A stretch of DNA of 32,000 bases from Geotalea daltonii FRC-32 (GCF_000022265.1 NC_011979.1:3900001-3932000), one strand, 5' to 3'. Shown: positions 9,295 to 16,479, counted from the first letter of the stretch. The notes: a model not told the origin generated them from the letters alone. Numbers and translations: made by a program.

Positions 9295-9963
9295 TTACGG
9301 CTCAAATTTGTAGCCTGCCCCGTAAAGGGAATGGATATATTCTTGTCCTGGATCTGCACCTGACAGCTTTCTGCGTAATTTTTTTATGTGACTGTCGATG
9401 GTACGATCACTGACGATACGCTGGTCCGGATAGATGTGGTCCATCAGCTGCTGTCGTCCGAAGATCCTTCCTGGGCTGGCTGCCAGCAGGCTGAGCAGCT
9501 TGAACTCAACGGCAGTGAGGTGAAGGTCTCGGTCATGGAGCATTGCCCGGTAGCGGGAATCATCAAGGACCAATTCCTTCCCATTGACAGCTTCAGCTCC
9601 GTGAGCCCTGCGCAATACCGCTTTGACCCTGGCCACCACCTCGCGGGGACTGAACGGCTTGCAGATGTAGTCATCGGCACCCAATTCCAGGCCAAGTAAC
9701 CGATCTATCTCCTCGACTCTGGCAGTAATCATGATTATCGGTACCGATGAAAAGGATCGGATCTCCTTGCAGATCTCCAGCCCTCCCTTACCCGGCAGCA
9801 TCAAATCAAGCAGGATCATCTCCGGCTTTTGCGCCTGAATCCATGGCACGACCCTTGAACCGTCACTAAGGCAATGGGTTTCATAGTCCGCCTGATGCAG
9901 GTAATCAGCCAGAAGCTTTGCCAGCTTCTCTTCATCTTCCACTATGAGAATCATTCCGCTCAT
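9295..9963 (-). CDS. baeR: OmpR-family response regulator, BaeR-like
   Basis: 222 aa with REC and winged-helix domains. It is close to my recollection of E. coli BaeR (ILIVEDE..., ILLDLMLPG, EEIDRLLGLELGADDYICKPFSPREVVARVKAVLRR). The ATG overlaps the kinase stop as ATGA. Confidence 0.85.
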   Translation of the reverse strand: MSGMILIVEDEEKLAKLLADYLHQADYETHCLSDGSRVVPWIQAQKPEMILLDLMLPGKGGLEICKEIRSFSSVPIIMITARVEEIDRLLGLELGADDYICKPFSPREVVARVKAVLRRAHGAEAVNGKELVLDDSRYRAMLHDRDLHLTAVEFKLLSLLAASPGRIFGRQQLMDHIYPDQRIVSDRTIDSHIKKLRRKLSGADPGQEYIHSLYGAGYKFEP

Positions 9964-11378
9964 GAACGTCTCCCCTTTCCAGGCAGCTCAATTCTCATCC
10001 ATAGCCCGCCAAGAGGTGATGGCTGCGCCGTAATGGTTCCTCCATGGGCCTCAACAATATTGCGGCAAATGGCAAGGCCAAGTCCGGCCCCTCCTGTGGA
10101 CCGATTGCGGGAAGAATCGACCCGATACAGACGTTCGAACAGCTTTTCCGACTCTGCTAACGTGACCCCCGGAGGAGAATCCTGGAAACTGATCACTGTG
10201 CACCCGGCGCTCTTTTCCATGGTGATCTGCAACGTTCCGCCCGGGTTTGTGTACTTCAATGCATTGTCCAACAGGTTGGCAAACAGCTGGTGCAGCCGCT
10301 CACGGTCACCCCAAAATGCGACCGGCTGGCCGGGGATTCCGGCTCTTACGGTAATATCCTTGGAGGCAAACCCCTGGCGGTATCCGGCAACGGCTGCTGA
10401 AAGGACTTCGCTCAGGTCGAGATCGAACTTTCTGTAGGTCATGGCACTCAGGTCGGACAGGGAAAGCTGGTAGAGGTCATCAACCAGCCGTCCCAGACGG
10501 AGCACCTCGCCATGGAGCGAGGCAATGGTCTCCGGGGACGGTTGCCGGATGCCATCCTGAAGCGCTTCTATTTCACCTCGCAGGACCGCAAGAGGGGTTC
10601 TCAGTTCGTGGGAGATATCGGCTACCCACTGCCGCCGTGCCTGTTCGTTTTTCGCCAGCACCTCTGCCAATGCATTGAAATCCTGAGCAAGGCGACCCAG
10701 TTCATCATTTGCCTCGGCCGACACGCGAATGGTGAAGTCACCGGTAGCAAGGCGATCGGTGGCCTTGGCCAATTCTGCGATGGGCTTCACCAATCGTCTG
10801 GCCAGCAAAAGCGACAGGCCCGCGGCCAGCAGAACGACAACCCCTGCCACAACAATGAACGCAAGTTTCTGCTCTCTCAGGAACCTGCGTTGATGGTCAT
10901 CTGAGATATTGGTGCGGGGAAGAAGTCCCACATAGCCGACGACCGTGCCGTCAAAATGCACCGGCGTCAGCTCAGCTCCCGCTGGTATGGGAGCCTCAGC
11001 TATCAAAGGCTTCTTCCGGGCATCGAGAAGAAACAATCGCTGCATAAAGTGCCGGACCACCGGTGGGGGTACCCGTCGGTAGGACTCCATGGCGCGCCTT
11101 TGTGGTCCACTTGCAGGACTGTCCTCAGGGAGAGAGATTTTCACCAGTTCCCGCCATTTTGCCGGGGTTTGTTGGATCGACAGCCAATTGCGGTCCTCCC
11201 CATAGGACTGTTCCAACCGGCTCACCAGGCGGCTTACGCTTGACCGTTCCAATGAATTGACATATCGCAGGAAACCGCGGCTGAGATTCCACTGCATGAT
11301 GAAAACCAGGCTGATAACAGCCAGGCCGGCTGCCGCCAGAATGGCGAAAAACAATTTATGAGTAATGCTGATATTCAT
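9960..11378 (-). CDS. baeS: Sensor histidine kinase, BaeS-like (TM, periplasmic domain, TM, HAMP, HisKA, HATPase)
   Basis: The H-box region RRQWVADISHELRTPLAVLRGEIEALQDGIRQPSPETIASLHGEV resembles BaeS. I place the start at ATG 11378 (MNISITHKLFFAILAAAG) with SD AGGGGAA. The 25 extra codons in the track ORF run into a hairpin repeat. Confidence 0.85.
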   Translation of the reverse strand: MNISITHKLFFAILAAAGLAVISLVFIMQWNLSRGFLRYVNSLERSSVSRLVSRLEQSYGEDRNWLSIQQTPAKWRELVKISLPEDSPASGPQRRAMESYRRVPPPVVRHFMQRLFLLDARKKPLIAEAPIPAGAELTPVHFDGTVVGYVGLLPRTNISDDHQRRFLREQKLAFIVVAGVVVLLAAGLSLLLARRLVKPIAELAKATDRLATGDFTIRVSAEANDELGRLAQDFNALAEVLAKNEQARRQWVADISHELRTPLAVLRGEIEALQDGIRQPSPETIASLHGEVLRLGRLVDDLYQLSLSDLSAMTYRKFDLDLSEVLSAAVAGYRQGFASKDITVRAGIPGQPVAFWGDRERLHQLFANLLDNALKYTNPGGTLQITMEKSAGCTVISFQDSPPGVTLAESEKLFERLYRVDSSRNRSTGGAGLGLAICRNIVEAHGGTITAQPSPLGGLWMRIELPGKGRRS

Positions 11379-11391
11379 CCGTTTTCCCCTG

Positions 11392-11557
11392 TTCGACAAC
11401 GACCTGTTGATTAGCAGGTTGTTGAAAAACGTCGAGAGGATGCCGAAATGCAAGGCTTAAGCGAGCGAAAAGCCGAAGCGTACCCACTGTACGCTGAGGT
11501 TTTGAGCAAGCGATAACGCAGTAGATCGGCACCGCAACAGTTTTTCGACAACCTGTT
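11392..11557. repeat. Long imperfect hairpin element bounded by 17-18 nt inverted repeats (MITE/REP-like), in the baeS leader
   Basis: Left arm CAGGTTGTTGAAAAACG (11415-11431) pairs with right arm CAGTTTTTCGACAACCTG (11538-11555). The interior pairs further (TGCCGA, AAAA, AGCGTAC/GTACGCT around loop CCACT). A direct copy of the right-arm end, TTCGACAACGACCTGTT, lies at 11392-11408. Confidence 0.6.
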
Positions 11558-11607
11558 AAGTTCTATCACAACTATTCGGTACAGATACAGGCCCTTTTGC
11601 CCCGTCT

Positions 11608-11650
11608 GTGCATTTCCTCATTTCTTCCACATTTGATGCACATTCTCCTG
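11608..11650 (+). promoter_or_regulatory. Candidate BaeR-type operator upstream of the spy-like gene (copy 1 of a shared box)
   Basis: GTGCATTTCCTCATTTCTTCCACATTTGATGCACATTCTCCTG. Hexamers CATTTC (11619), CATTTG (11630) and CATTCT (11641) start 11 nt apart. The box overlaps the -35 region of the predicted promoter. Confidence 0.5.
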
Positions 11651-11661
11651 CTATCTATCAA
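11633..11661 (+). promoter_or_regulatory. Sigma70-type promoter of the spy-like gene
   Basis: -35 TTGATG (11633-11638), 17-nt spacer, -10 TATCAA (11656-11661). It lies about 58 nt upstream of ATG 11719. Confidence 0.4.
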
Positions 11662-11718
11662 ACCATAACATTCACCGGCACTTTAGAACAGGTGCCTACT
11701 TGACAAAGGAGAACCACA

Positions 11719-12198
11719 ATGAAGAAAAAAGCATTGGTAGCGGCTGTGTTGGTAGCGATGGCCATTGGTGGAGGAACAGCGGTGTTTGCAGGACGCGGAC
11801 CAGGGGGAGATTGCGACAAGAAGCAGGGGTCGGAGATGCATCAAGGGAAATTTTATCAGCGCATGGCGAAGGTGCTGAAACTGACGGATGCACAACAGAA
11901 CCAGATAAAGTCGCTGATCAGTGCGGAGCGTGCCGCATCTGAACCTTTCATAGATCAGATGCACGAAAAACGCAAGCTACTCATGCAGTCAGGTGAAAGC
12001 ACCACCTTTGACGAAGCCTCAGTTCGGAGTATCGCTGCCGCCATTGCCCAGATCAAAACGGAACTGGCGGTCATCCGGGTGAAGACCCAGACGCAGATAT
12101 ACACCATACTGACTCCCGAACAGCGGGAACTGGCAAAGAGTCTCAAGCCTAACAGGAAGCATGGTAATCGTTCTTCGGTGCCTGGAGACGAGGAGTGA
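11719..12198 (+). CDS. Periplasmic Spy/CpxP-family protein (two LTXXQ motifs)
   Basis: Signal peptide MKKKALVAAVLVAMAIGGGTAVFA. LTDAQQNQIKSL and LTPEQRELAKSL motifs sit in a helical protein of 159 aa. SD AAGGAG lies 8 nt before the ATG. Confidence 0.8.
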   Translation: MKKKALVAAVLVAMAIGGGTAVFAGRGPGGDCDKKQGSEMHQGKFYQRMAKVLKLTDAQQNQIKSLISAERAASEPFIDQMHEKRKLLMQSGESTTFDEASVRSIAAAIAQIKTELAVIRVKTQTQIYTILTPEQRELAKSLKPNRKHGNRSSVPGDEE

Positions 12199-12242
12199 GT
12201 TCGATTGGCAGAGGTAGTTTAACAACCTGAGGACATGGTTCA

Positions 12243-12274
12243 GAGGGCAGGGCTGATATTCAGCACCTGCTCTC
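12243..12274 (+). terminator. Intrinsic terminator after the spy-like gene
   Basis: GAGGGCAGGGCTGA - TAT - TCAGC(A)CCTGCTCTC forms a 14-bp stem with one bulge and one G-U pair. It is followed by GCCTTGTTT. Confidence 0.5.
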
Positions 12275-12296
12275 GCCTTGTTTAATGCAGTGGAAG

Positions 12297-12740
12297 CTAC
12301 TGCCTTCTCACCCGAAAAACCGAGGTAAATGTCGCCACCTTGACCCCCGCCTCGTCGAAGACTTCGGCTTCCCCCTTGATATTTCTTTCGTCACGTTCAA
12401 CAATCCGCGCCTCGGCCTTAACCAATCCGGATCTTACCGGAGCATGGAATTTGAGGCCCAGATCCATGGTGACGAAATTGCTTCCCTCAGGCAGCATACT
12501 TTTGATGGCCATGGCGACAGCCGTGTCTGCCAGGGCAGTGATGGCGCCACCGTGCATGAATCCCACCCCCTGGGACAGCTTGACCGTGAACGGCATGGTC
12601 AGTATGGCCCGCCCTTCGGCAGCCTCATCTATTTTCATCCCCAGGTACTCCTCGAAGGGGGCACAGGCTATCCATTCAGGCAGCTCAAAGGGTAACTCCC
12701 CCCCGGCTGGCATTGGAGTGTCATAGACCTTTTCGTACAT
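12297..12740 (-). CDS. PaaI-family hotdog-fold thioesterase
   Basis: GRAILTMPFTVKLSQGVGFMHGGAITALADTAVAMAI is typical of the PaaI/YbgC-like 'uncharacterized domain 1' family. The track start at 12752 is TTG. I prefer ATG 12740, which is preceded by GGAGGAG. Confidence 0.8.
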   Translation of the reverse strand: MYEKVYDTPMPAGGELPFELPEWIACAPFEEYLGMKIDEAAEGRAILTMPFTVKLSQGVGFMHGGAITALADTAVAMAIKSMLPEGSNFVTMDLGLKFHAPVRSGLVKAEARIVERDERNIKGEAEVFDEAGVKVATFTSVFRVRRQ

Positions 12741-12752
12741 TCTCTCCTCCAA

Positions 12753-13523
12753 TCACTTCTTCAGTTCAATATCAAGCAGCCGCATCACCTTCTGCATATC
12801 TTCCCACACCTCGCGCTTCATGGCCGGATTGCGCAACAGGAACGCCGGGTGAAAGGTCGGCATGAGCGGTATGCCATGGTAGTCGTGAAAGCGGCCACGC
12901 AGTTTGGAGATCGGTTCCTTGGTCTGAAGCAGGGTCTGGGCGGCAAAGGTGCCCAGACAGACAATGGCTTCAGGATTCACAGCATGCAGTTGCCGGAGCA
13001 GAAACGGCTGGCACTGTTCGATCTCTTCCTGCTGAGGGTTACGGTTGCCCGGGGGACGGCACTTGAGTATGTTGCAGATGTAGACATCGCTCCGCTTGAA
13101 CTGCATGGCGCCAATTATCTTGGTCAGCAGCTGTCCTGCCTCGCCGACAAAGGGCTCTCCTTGAAGGTCTTCGTCCCGCCCCGGCGCCTCGCCTACAAAG
13201 ACCAGCCTTGCAGCCGGATTGCCGATACCGAATACCAGATTGGTCCTGGTGCCGCTTAGTCCGCAGCGGGTGCAATTCCCCAGGTCAAGCCGCACTTTGT
13301 CCAGAGTTTCCTTCTCTGCTGATACCGGGTCTGGCGGCGAGCCTTCGGCAGGGGCCGGTTCAACCGAAGCTGGTGGGGAAGTAGCAGAGTGGTAATCATT
13401 TCCGTGATCAACAGCTGGAGCGGACTCTCCATAGGCCAAGCCGTCTATGCCAGATTCCTGCAGATCCTCCAGATAGACACAGAGCGAAGCCACCAACTGC
13501 CGTGCTTCATCGGCCCCATGCAT
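12753..13523 (-). CDS. Family-4 uracil-DNA glycosylase (4Fe-4S type) with a low-complexity N-terminal extension
   Basis: CTRCGLSGTRTNLVFGIGNPAARLVFVGEAPGRDEDLQGEPFVGEAGQLL and the C-terminal HPAFLLRN motif. The start is placed at ATG 13523, with AAGGAG 6 nt upstream. Confidence 0.85.
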   Translation of the reverse strand: MHGADEARQLVASLCVYLEDLQESGIDGLAYGESAPAVDHGNDYHSATSPPASVEPAPAEGSPPDPVSAEKETLDKVRLDLGNCTRCGLSGTRTNLVFGIGNPAARLVFVGEAPGRDEDLQGEPFVGEAGQLLTKIIGAMQFKRSDVYICNILKCRPPGNRNPQQEEIEQCQPFLLRQLHAVNPEAIVCLGTFAAQTLLQTKEPISKLRGRFHDYHGIPLMPTFHPAFLLRNPAMKREVWEDMQKVMRLLDIELKK

Positions 13524-13564
13524 GGCAAACTCCTTTACATTTACAGGCACATCTAATATTCTTT

Positions 13565-14479
13565 ATGTCAATGTTGCTCATATCTTTCGCCCTTCTACTC
13601 ATCGTTTTAATGCCCCATGAAGCACTCGCCTGGGGTGCCGGAATTCACCTGCAGCTGGGCTCCGTCATACTCAACAACCTTCAGGCATTGCAGCCTGCCG
13701 TGGCAGCCATTATCAGTGAATTTCCCAATGATTTCCTCTATGGCTGCATCGCCGCGGACATCACCATCGGCAAGAAATTCACCCATTATTTGCTCCACTG
13801 CCATCGCTGGCGGATCGGGCTGAAAGTCCTGGAAAATGCAGAGATGGATGCTCAGAAAGCCTGCGCCTATGGCTACCTGGCCCATCTTGCCGCAGACACC
13901 GTCGCCCACAACTATTATGTCCCCTATAAGGTGATGCGAAGCTTTTCCACCATGACCCTGAAACATGCCTACTGGGAAATGAGATTCGAAACCTTCGTCG
14001 ACAAGGAGATCTGGGACGGCGCCCGGAAGGTGTCCATGGAGCATTACCGCAAGAATGACGCTCTGTTGAGAAAGGTATTGTCCGACACACTGTTTTCTTT
14101 CGGCACCAACAAGCGTATCTTCAACTCCATCCTGCTGGTAAGCCGGCTGGAAAAATGGCAGCAGGTCCTGCAGACCCTCTCTGACATTTCCCGTTTTGGT
14201 CTGGAGGAGGTGGATCGTGACGAATACATGAGTCTGGCCGAAGAAGCGGTTTTCAGCTTCCTCACTGATTTCGAAGATTCACGGTTCTTCCAGGCGGACC
14301 CCACCGGGGAGCGAGCCCTTGCCACGGCTGAAGCAGTGAGGAAGAATCTGAGACTGCTCTACCGCAGCGGCAAGATCACCAAGCAGCAGGCCAATGAACA
14401 GCTGGATGAAATTAAGGGAAAGCTGCACGAAGCCATTTGTAAGCCGGAGCTGTTGCTGCAGATCCTCTCCACAGAGTAG
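13565..14479 (+). CDS. Secreted zinc-dependent phospholipase C-like family protein
   Basis: Signal-like N-terminus MSMLLISFALLLIVLMPHEALAWG. His/Asp-rich motifs are present (WGAGIHLQLG, GCIAADI, GYLAHLAADTVAHNYYVP). The start is uncertain because no SD is seen. The track start at 13502 is GTG and overlaps the UDG gene. Confidence 0.6.
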   Translation: MSMLLISFALLLIVLMPHEALAWGAGIHLQLGSVILNNLQALQPAVAAIISEFPNDFLYGCIAADITIGKKFTHYLLHCHRWRIGLKVLENAEMDAQKACAYGYLAHLAADTVAHNYYVPYKVMRSFSTMTLKHAYWEMRFETFVDKEIWDGARKVSMEHYRKNDALLRKVLSDTLFSFGTNKRIFNSILLVSRLEKWQQVLQTLSDISRFGLEEVDRDEYMSLAEEAVFSFLTDFEDSRFFQADPTGERALATAEAVRKNLRLLYRSGKITKQQANEQLDEIKGKLHEAICKPELLLQILSTE

Positions 14480-14570
14480 TTCATGCTGAAAAACGCCCAT
14501 CTGCGGCGTTGCCGGCGTCTCTGCGCTGCTCACATTCTGATGTATGCTCTGGACATTTTTGAGCATGAAC
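14479..14570. repeat. Short element bounded by 17-nt inverted repeats, related to the 11.4-kb element
   Basis: GTTCATGCTGAAAAACG (14479-14495) pairs with CATTTTTGAGCATGAAC (14554-14570) at 15/17 positions. It shares the core TGAAAAACG ... C(A/G)TTTTT with the first element. A partial third arm, GCTGAAAAC, lies at 14581-14589. Confidence 0.55.
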
Positions 14571-14589
14571 ACTGTCTTTAGCTGAAAAC

Positions 14590-14656
14590 CACCAATCACC
14601 AATCACCAATCACCAACCACCAACCACCAATCACCAATCACCAATCACCAATCACC
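14590..14656. repeat. Heptanucleotide tandem repeat (CACCAAT/CACCAAC), about 9.6 units
   Basis: Units start at 14590, 14597, 14604, 14611 (AAC variant), 14618 (AAC variant), 14625, 14632, 14639 and 14646, with a partial CACC at 14653-14656. The coaBC stop (TGA, 14654..14652) lies in the last unit junction. Confidence 0.95.
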
Positions 14657-15845
14657 GCCCCTTCAACTTCACCGCCCGGTCCAGAAGTACATCGGCCAGT
14701 TCCTGTTTGCCCATCAGCGGCACATCTTCAACCCTTCCATCCTTGAAAAGAAGCTTGACGATATTGGTATCCACATTGAATCCGGCACCTTCGGCCCCGA
14801 TATCGTTGGCAACGATCATATCCACATTCTTTACGGTCAGTTTCTTTGCGGCATTGTCCAACAGATCACCGGTCTCGGCGGCAAAACCGATGAGGATCTT
14901 GTCTGCTTTTATCTTTCCCAGCTCGAAAAGGATATCCGGATTTTTCTCCAATTCCAAGGATAGGGAACCGGCAGTTTTTTTGATTTTGGCGACTGCCCTG
15001 GCCACAGGACGGTAATCGGCCACTGCCGCGGCCTTTATGATGATGGTGCTTGCGGGAAAGGCAGCCATTACTGCCTGCCGCATTTCTTCGGCGCTAGTGA
15101 CCTGAATTGTCGCGACACCGCATGGCTCGGTCAGGCAGGTAGGCCCGGTCACGAGGGTAACGGCTGCTCCACGGCGGCGGGCAGCTTTGGCTATGGCATA
15201 GCCCATTTTACCTGATGAGTGGTTGCTGATGAACCGCACCGGGTCGAGTTCTTCCCTGGTGGGGCCGGCAGTGATAAGAATATGCTCACCTGCCAGATCC
15301 TTTGTCGTCAATGCAGCCAGGGCCTCTTCAAAAATGATCTGCGGCTCCTGCAGCTTTCCTTCCCCCTCCCAACCGCAGGCAAGTAATCCCCTCGCCGGTT
15401 CGACAAAGAGATAGCCGTGCCTCTTCAATTTCTTCTCGTTTTCCTTGTAGATAGGGTTCTGGTACATGTTGACATTCATGGCCGGAGCTACCAGCACCGG
15501 CGCCTTGGTAGCCATGACCGTGGTTGTCAGCATGTCGTCGGCAATGCCGTTGGCCAGCTTGCCGATGACATTAGCGGTTGCAGGAGCGATGACAAAGAGA
15601 TCGGCCCGGTCGGCCAAAGAAATATGCCCTATTTCCCTCTCGGAGATCAGGCTGAACAGAGAGGTAGAGACCGGGTTCATGGAGAGGGTCTGAAAGGTCA
15701 GCGGCGTGACGAATTCAGTTGCAGAAGCAGTCATGATCACATGTACGTTTGCCCCCGCCTTGGTCAGCAGGCGCAACAGTTCCACAGATTTATAGGCAGC
15801 GATACCGCCGGTGACCCCAAGGATGATTTCATTACCTTTCAACAT
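14652..15845 (-). CDS. coaBC: Bifunctional phosphopantothenoylcysteine decarboxylase / phosphopantothenate-cysteine ligase
   Basis: MLKGNEIILGVTGGIAAYKSVELLRLL (flavoprotein domain), PAMNVNMY, and the C-terminal DFP domain ITAGPTREELDPVRFISNHSSGKMG. I place the start at ATG 15845. Confidence 0.92.
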   Translation of the reverse strand: MLKGNEIILGVTGGIAAYKSVELLRLLTKAGANVHVIMTASATEFVTPLTFQTLSMNPVSTSLFSLISEREIGHISLADRADLFVIAPATANVIGKLANGIADDMLTTTVMATKAPVLVAPAMNVNMYQNPIYKENEKKLKRHGYLFVEPARGLLACGWEGEGKLQEPQIIFEEALAALTTKDLAGEHILITAGPTREELDPVRFISNHSSGKMGYAIAKAARRRGAAVTLVTGPTCLTEPCGVATIQVTSAEEMRQAVMAAFPASTIIIKAAAVADYRPVARAVAKIKKTAGSLSLELEKNPDILFELGKIKADKILIGFAAETGDLLDNAAKKLTVKNVDMIVANDIGAEGAGFNVDTNIVKLLFKDGRVEDVPLMGKQELADVLLDRAVKLKGR

Positions 15846-15855
15846 GCTGCCCCCA

Positions 15856-16479
15856 TCACAGATATGGATTGTGCCGCTTCTCATGGCCTATGGTCGTCGA
15901 CGGCCCATGACCGGGAAAAGCCTGGGTCTCATCCGGCAGCACAAGCAGTTTGGTGCGTATGCCGTCAATCAGGTCGGCCTGGGAGCTGCCCGGGAAATCG
16001 GTGCGCCCAACCGACTCGGCAAAAAGGGTGTCTCCGGTGATGATCTTGTCTTCGCTCTCCAGGTACAGGCAGCAGCCTCCCGGAGTATGTCCCGGCGTAT
16101 GCAGCACCTTCAGTTGATGCTTGCCGAAATTTACCACCATCCCGTCCTGAAGAAGGTCGTCAGGTTTGGAGGAGTTTTCTGCCTTCAGTCCATATGAAGC
16201 CGCTGAATCTGCGGCGCGGGAAAGGAAATAGACATCCGACTCGTGGATCAGTAGCTTGGCTCCGGTTTTCTCAATGATACTCCGGTTTCCCCCCATATGG
16301 TCGAAATGCCCATGTGTATTGATTACATACCTGATCTTCAGCCCCAGCTTCTGGACTACCGCCAGGACCCGCTCCGCATCCGCTCCGGGATCTACAACAA
16401 TCCCTTCCCGGGTTTCTTCGCAGCCGAGGATGAAACAGTTGACCCCCAGCTGGCCGACTACGATGGTTTCGAATATCAT
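15856..16479 (-). CDS. MBL-fold metallo-hydrolase (glyoxalase II-like)
   Basis: MIFETIVVGQLGVNCFILG..., HxHxDH motif NTHGHFDHMGGN, and later HTPGHTPG. The ORF can extend to ATG 16593, which would add a hydrophobic helix. I chose the shorter form (SD AAGGGGA). Confidence 0.8.
   Translation of the reverse strand: MIFETIVVGQLGVNCFILGCEETREGIVVDPGADAERVLAVVQKLGLKIRYVINTHGHFDHMGGNRSIIEKTGAKLLIHESDVYFLSRAADSAASYGLKAENSSKPDDLLQDGMVVNFGKHQLKVLHTPGHTPGGCCLYLESEDKIITGDTLFAESVGRTDFPGSSQADLIDGIRTKLLVLPDETQAFPGHGPSTTIGHEKRHNPYL

Noticed and set aside
3162-11557. Calling the GC-rich efflux block a mobile genomic island.
   Set aside because: No integrase, transposase, tRNA attachment site or flanking direct repeats are visible. 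Only the compositional contrast is reported, as a low-interest finding.
14531-14539. CACATTCTG inside the second hairpin element, identical to the core of the candidate BaeR box.
   Set aside because: It is a single 9-mer without the tandem 11-nt-spaced partner hexamers and it lies between convergent gene ends. A chance match of this length is plausible in 64 kb of two-strand sequence.
14590-14656. Possible CRISPR array.
   Set aside because: The 7-nt units are directly abutting with no spacers, and no cas genes are present. This is a microsatellite-type tandem repeat, not a CRISPR array.
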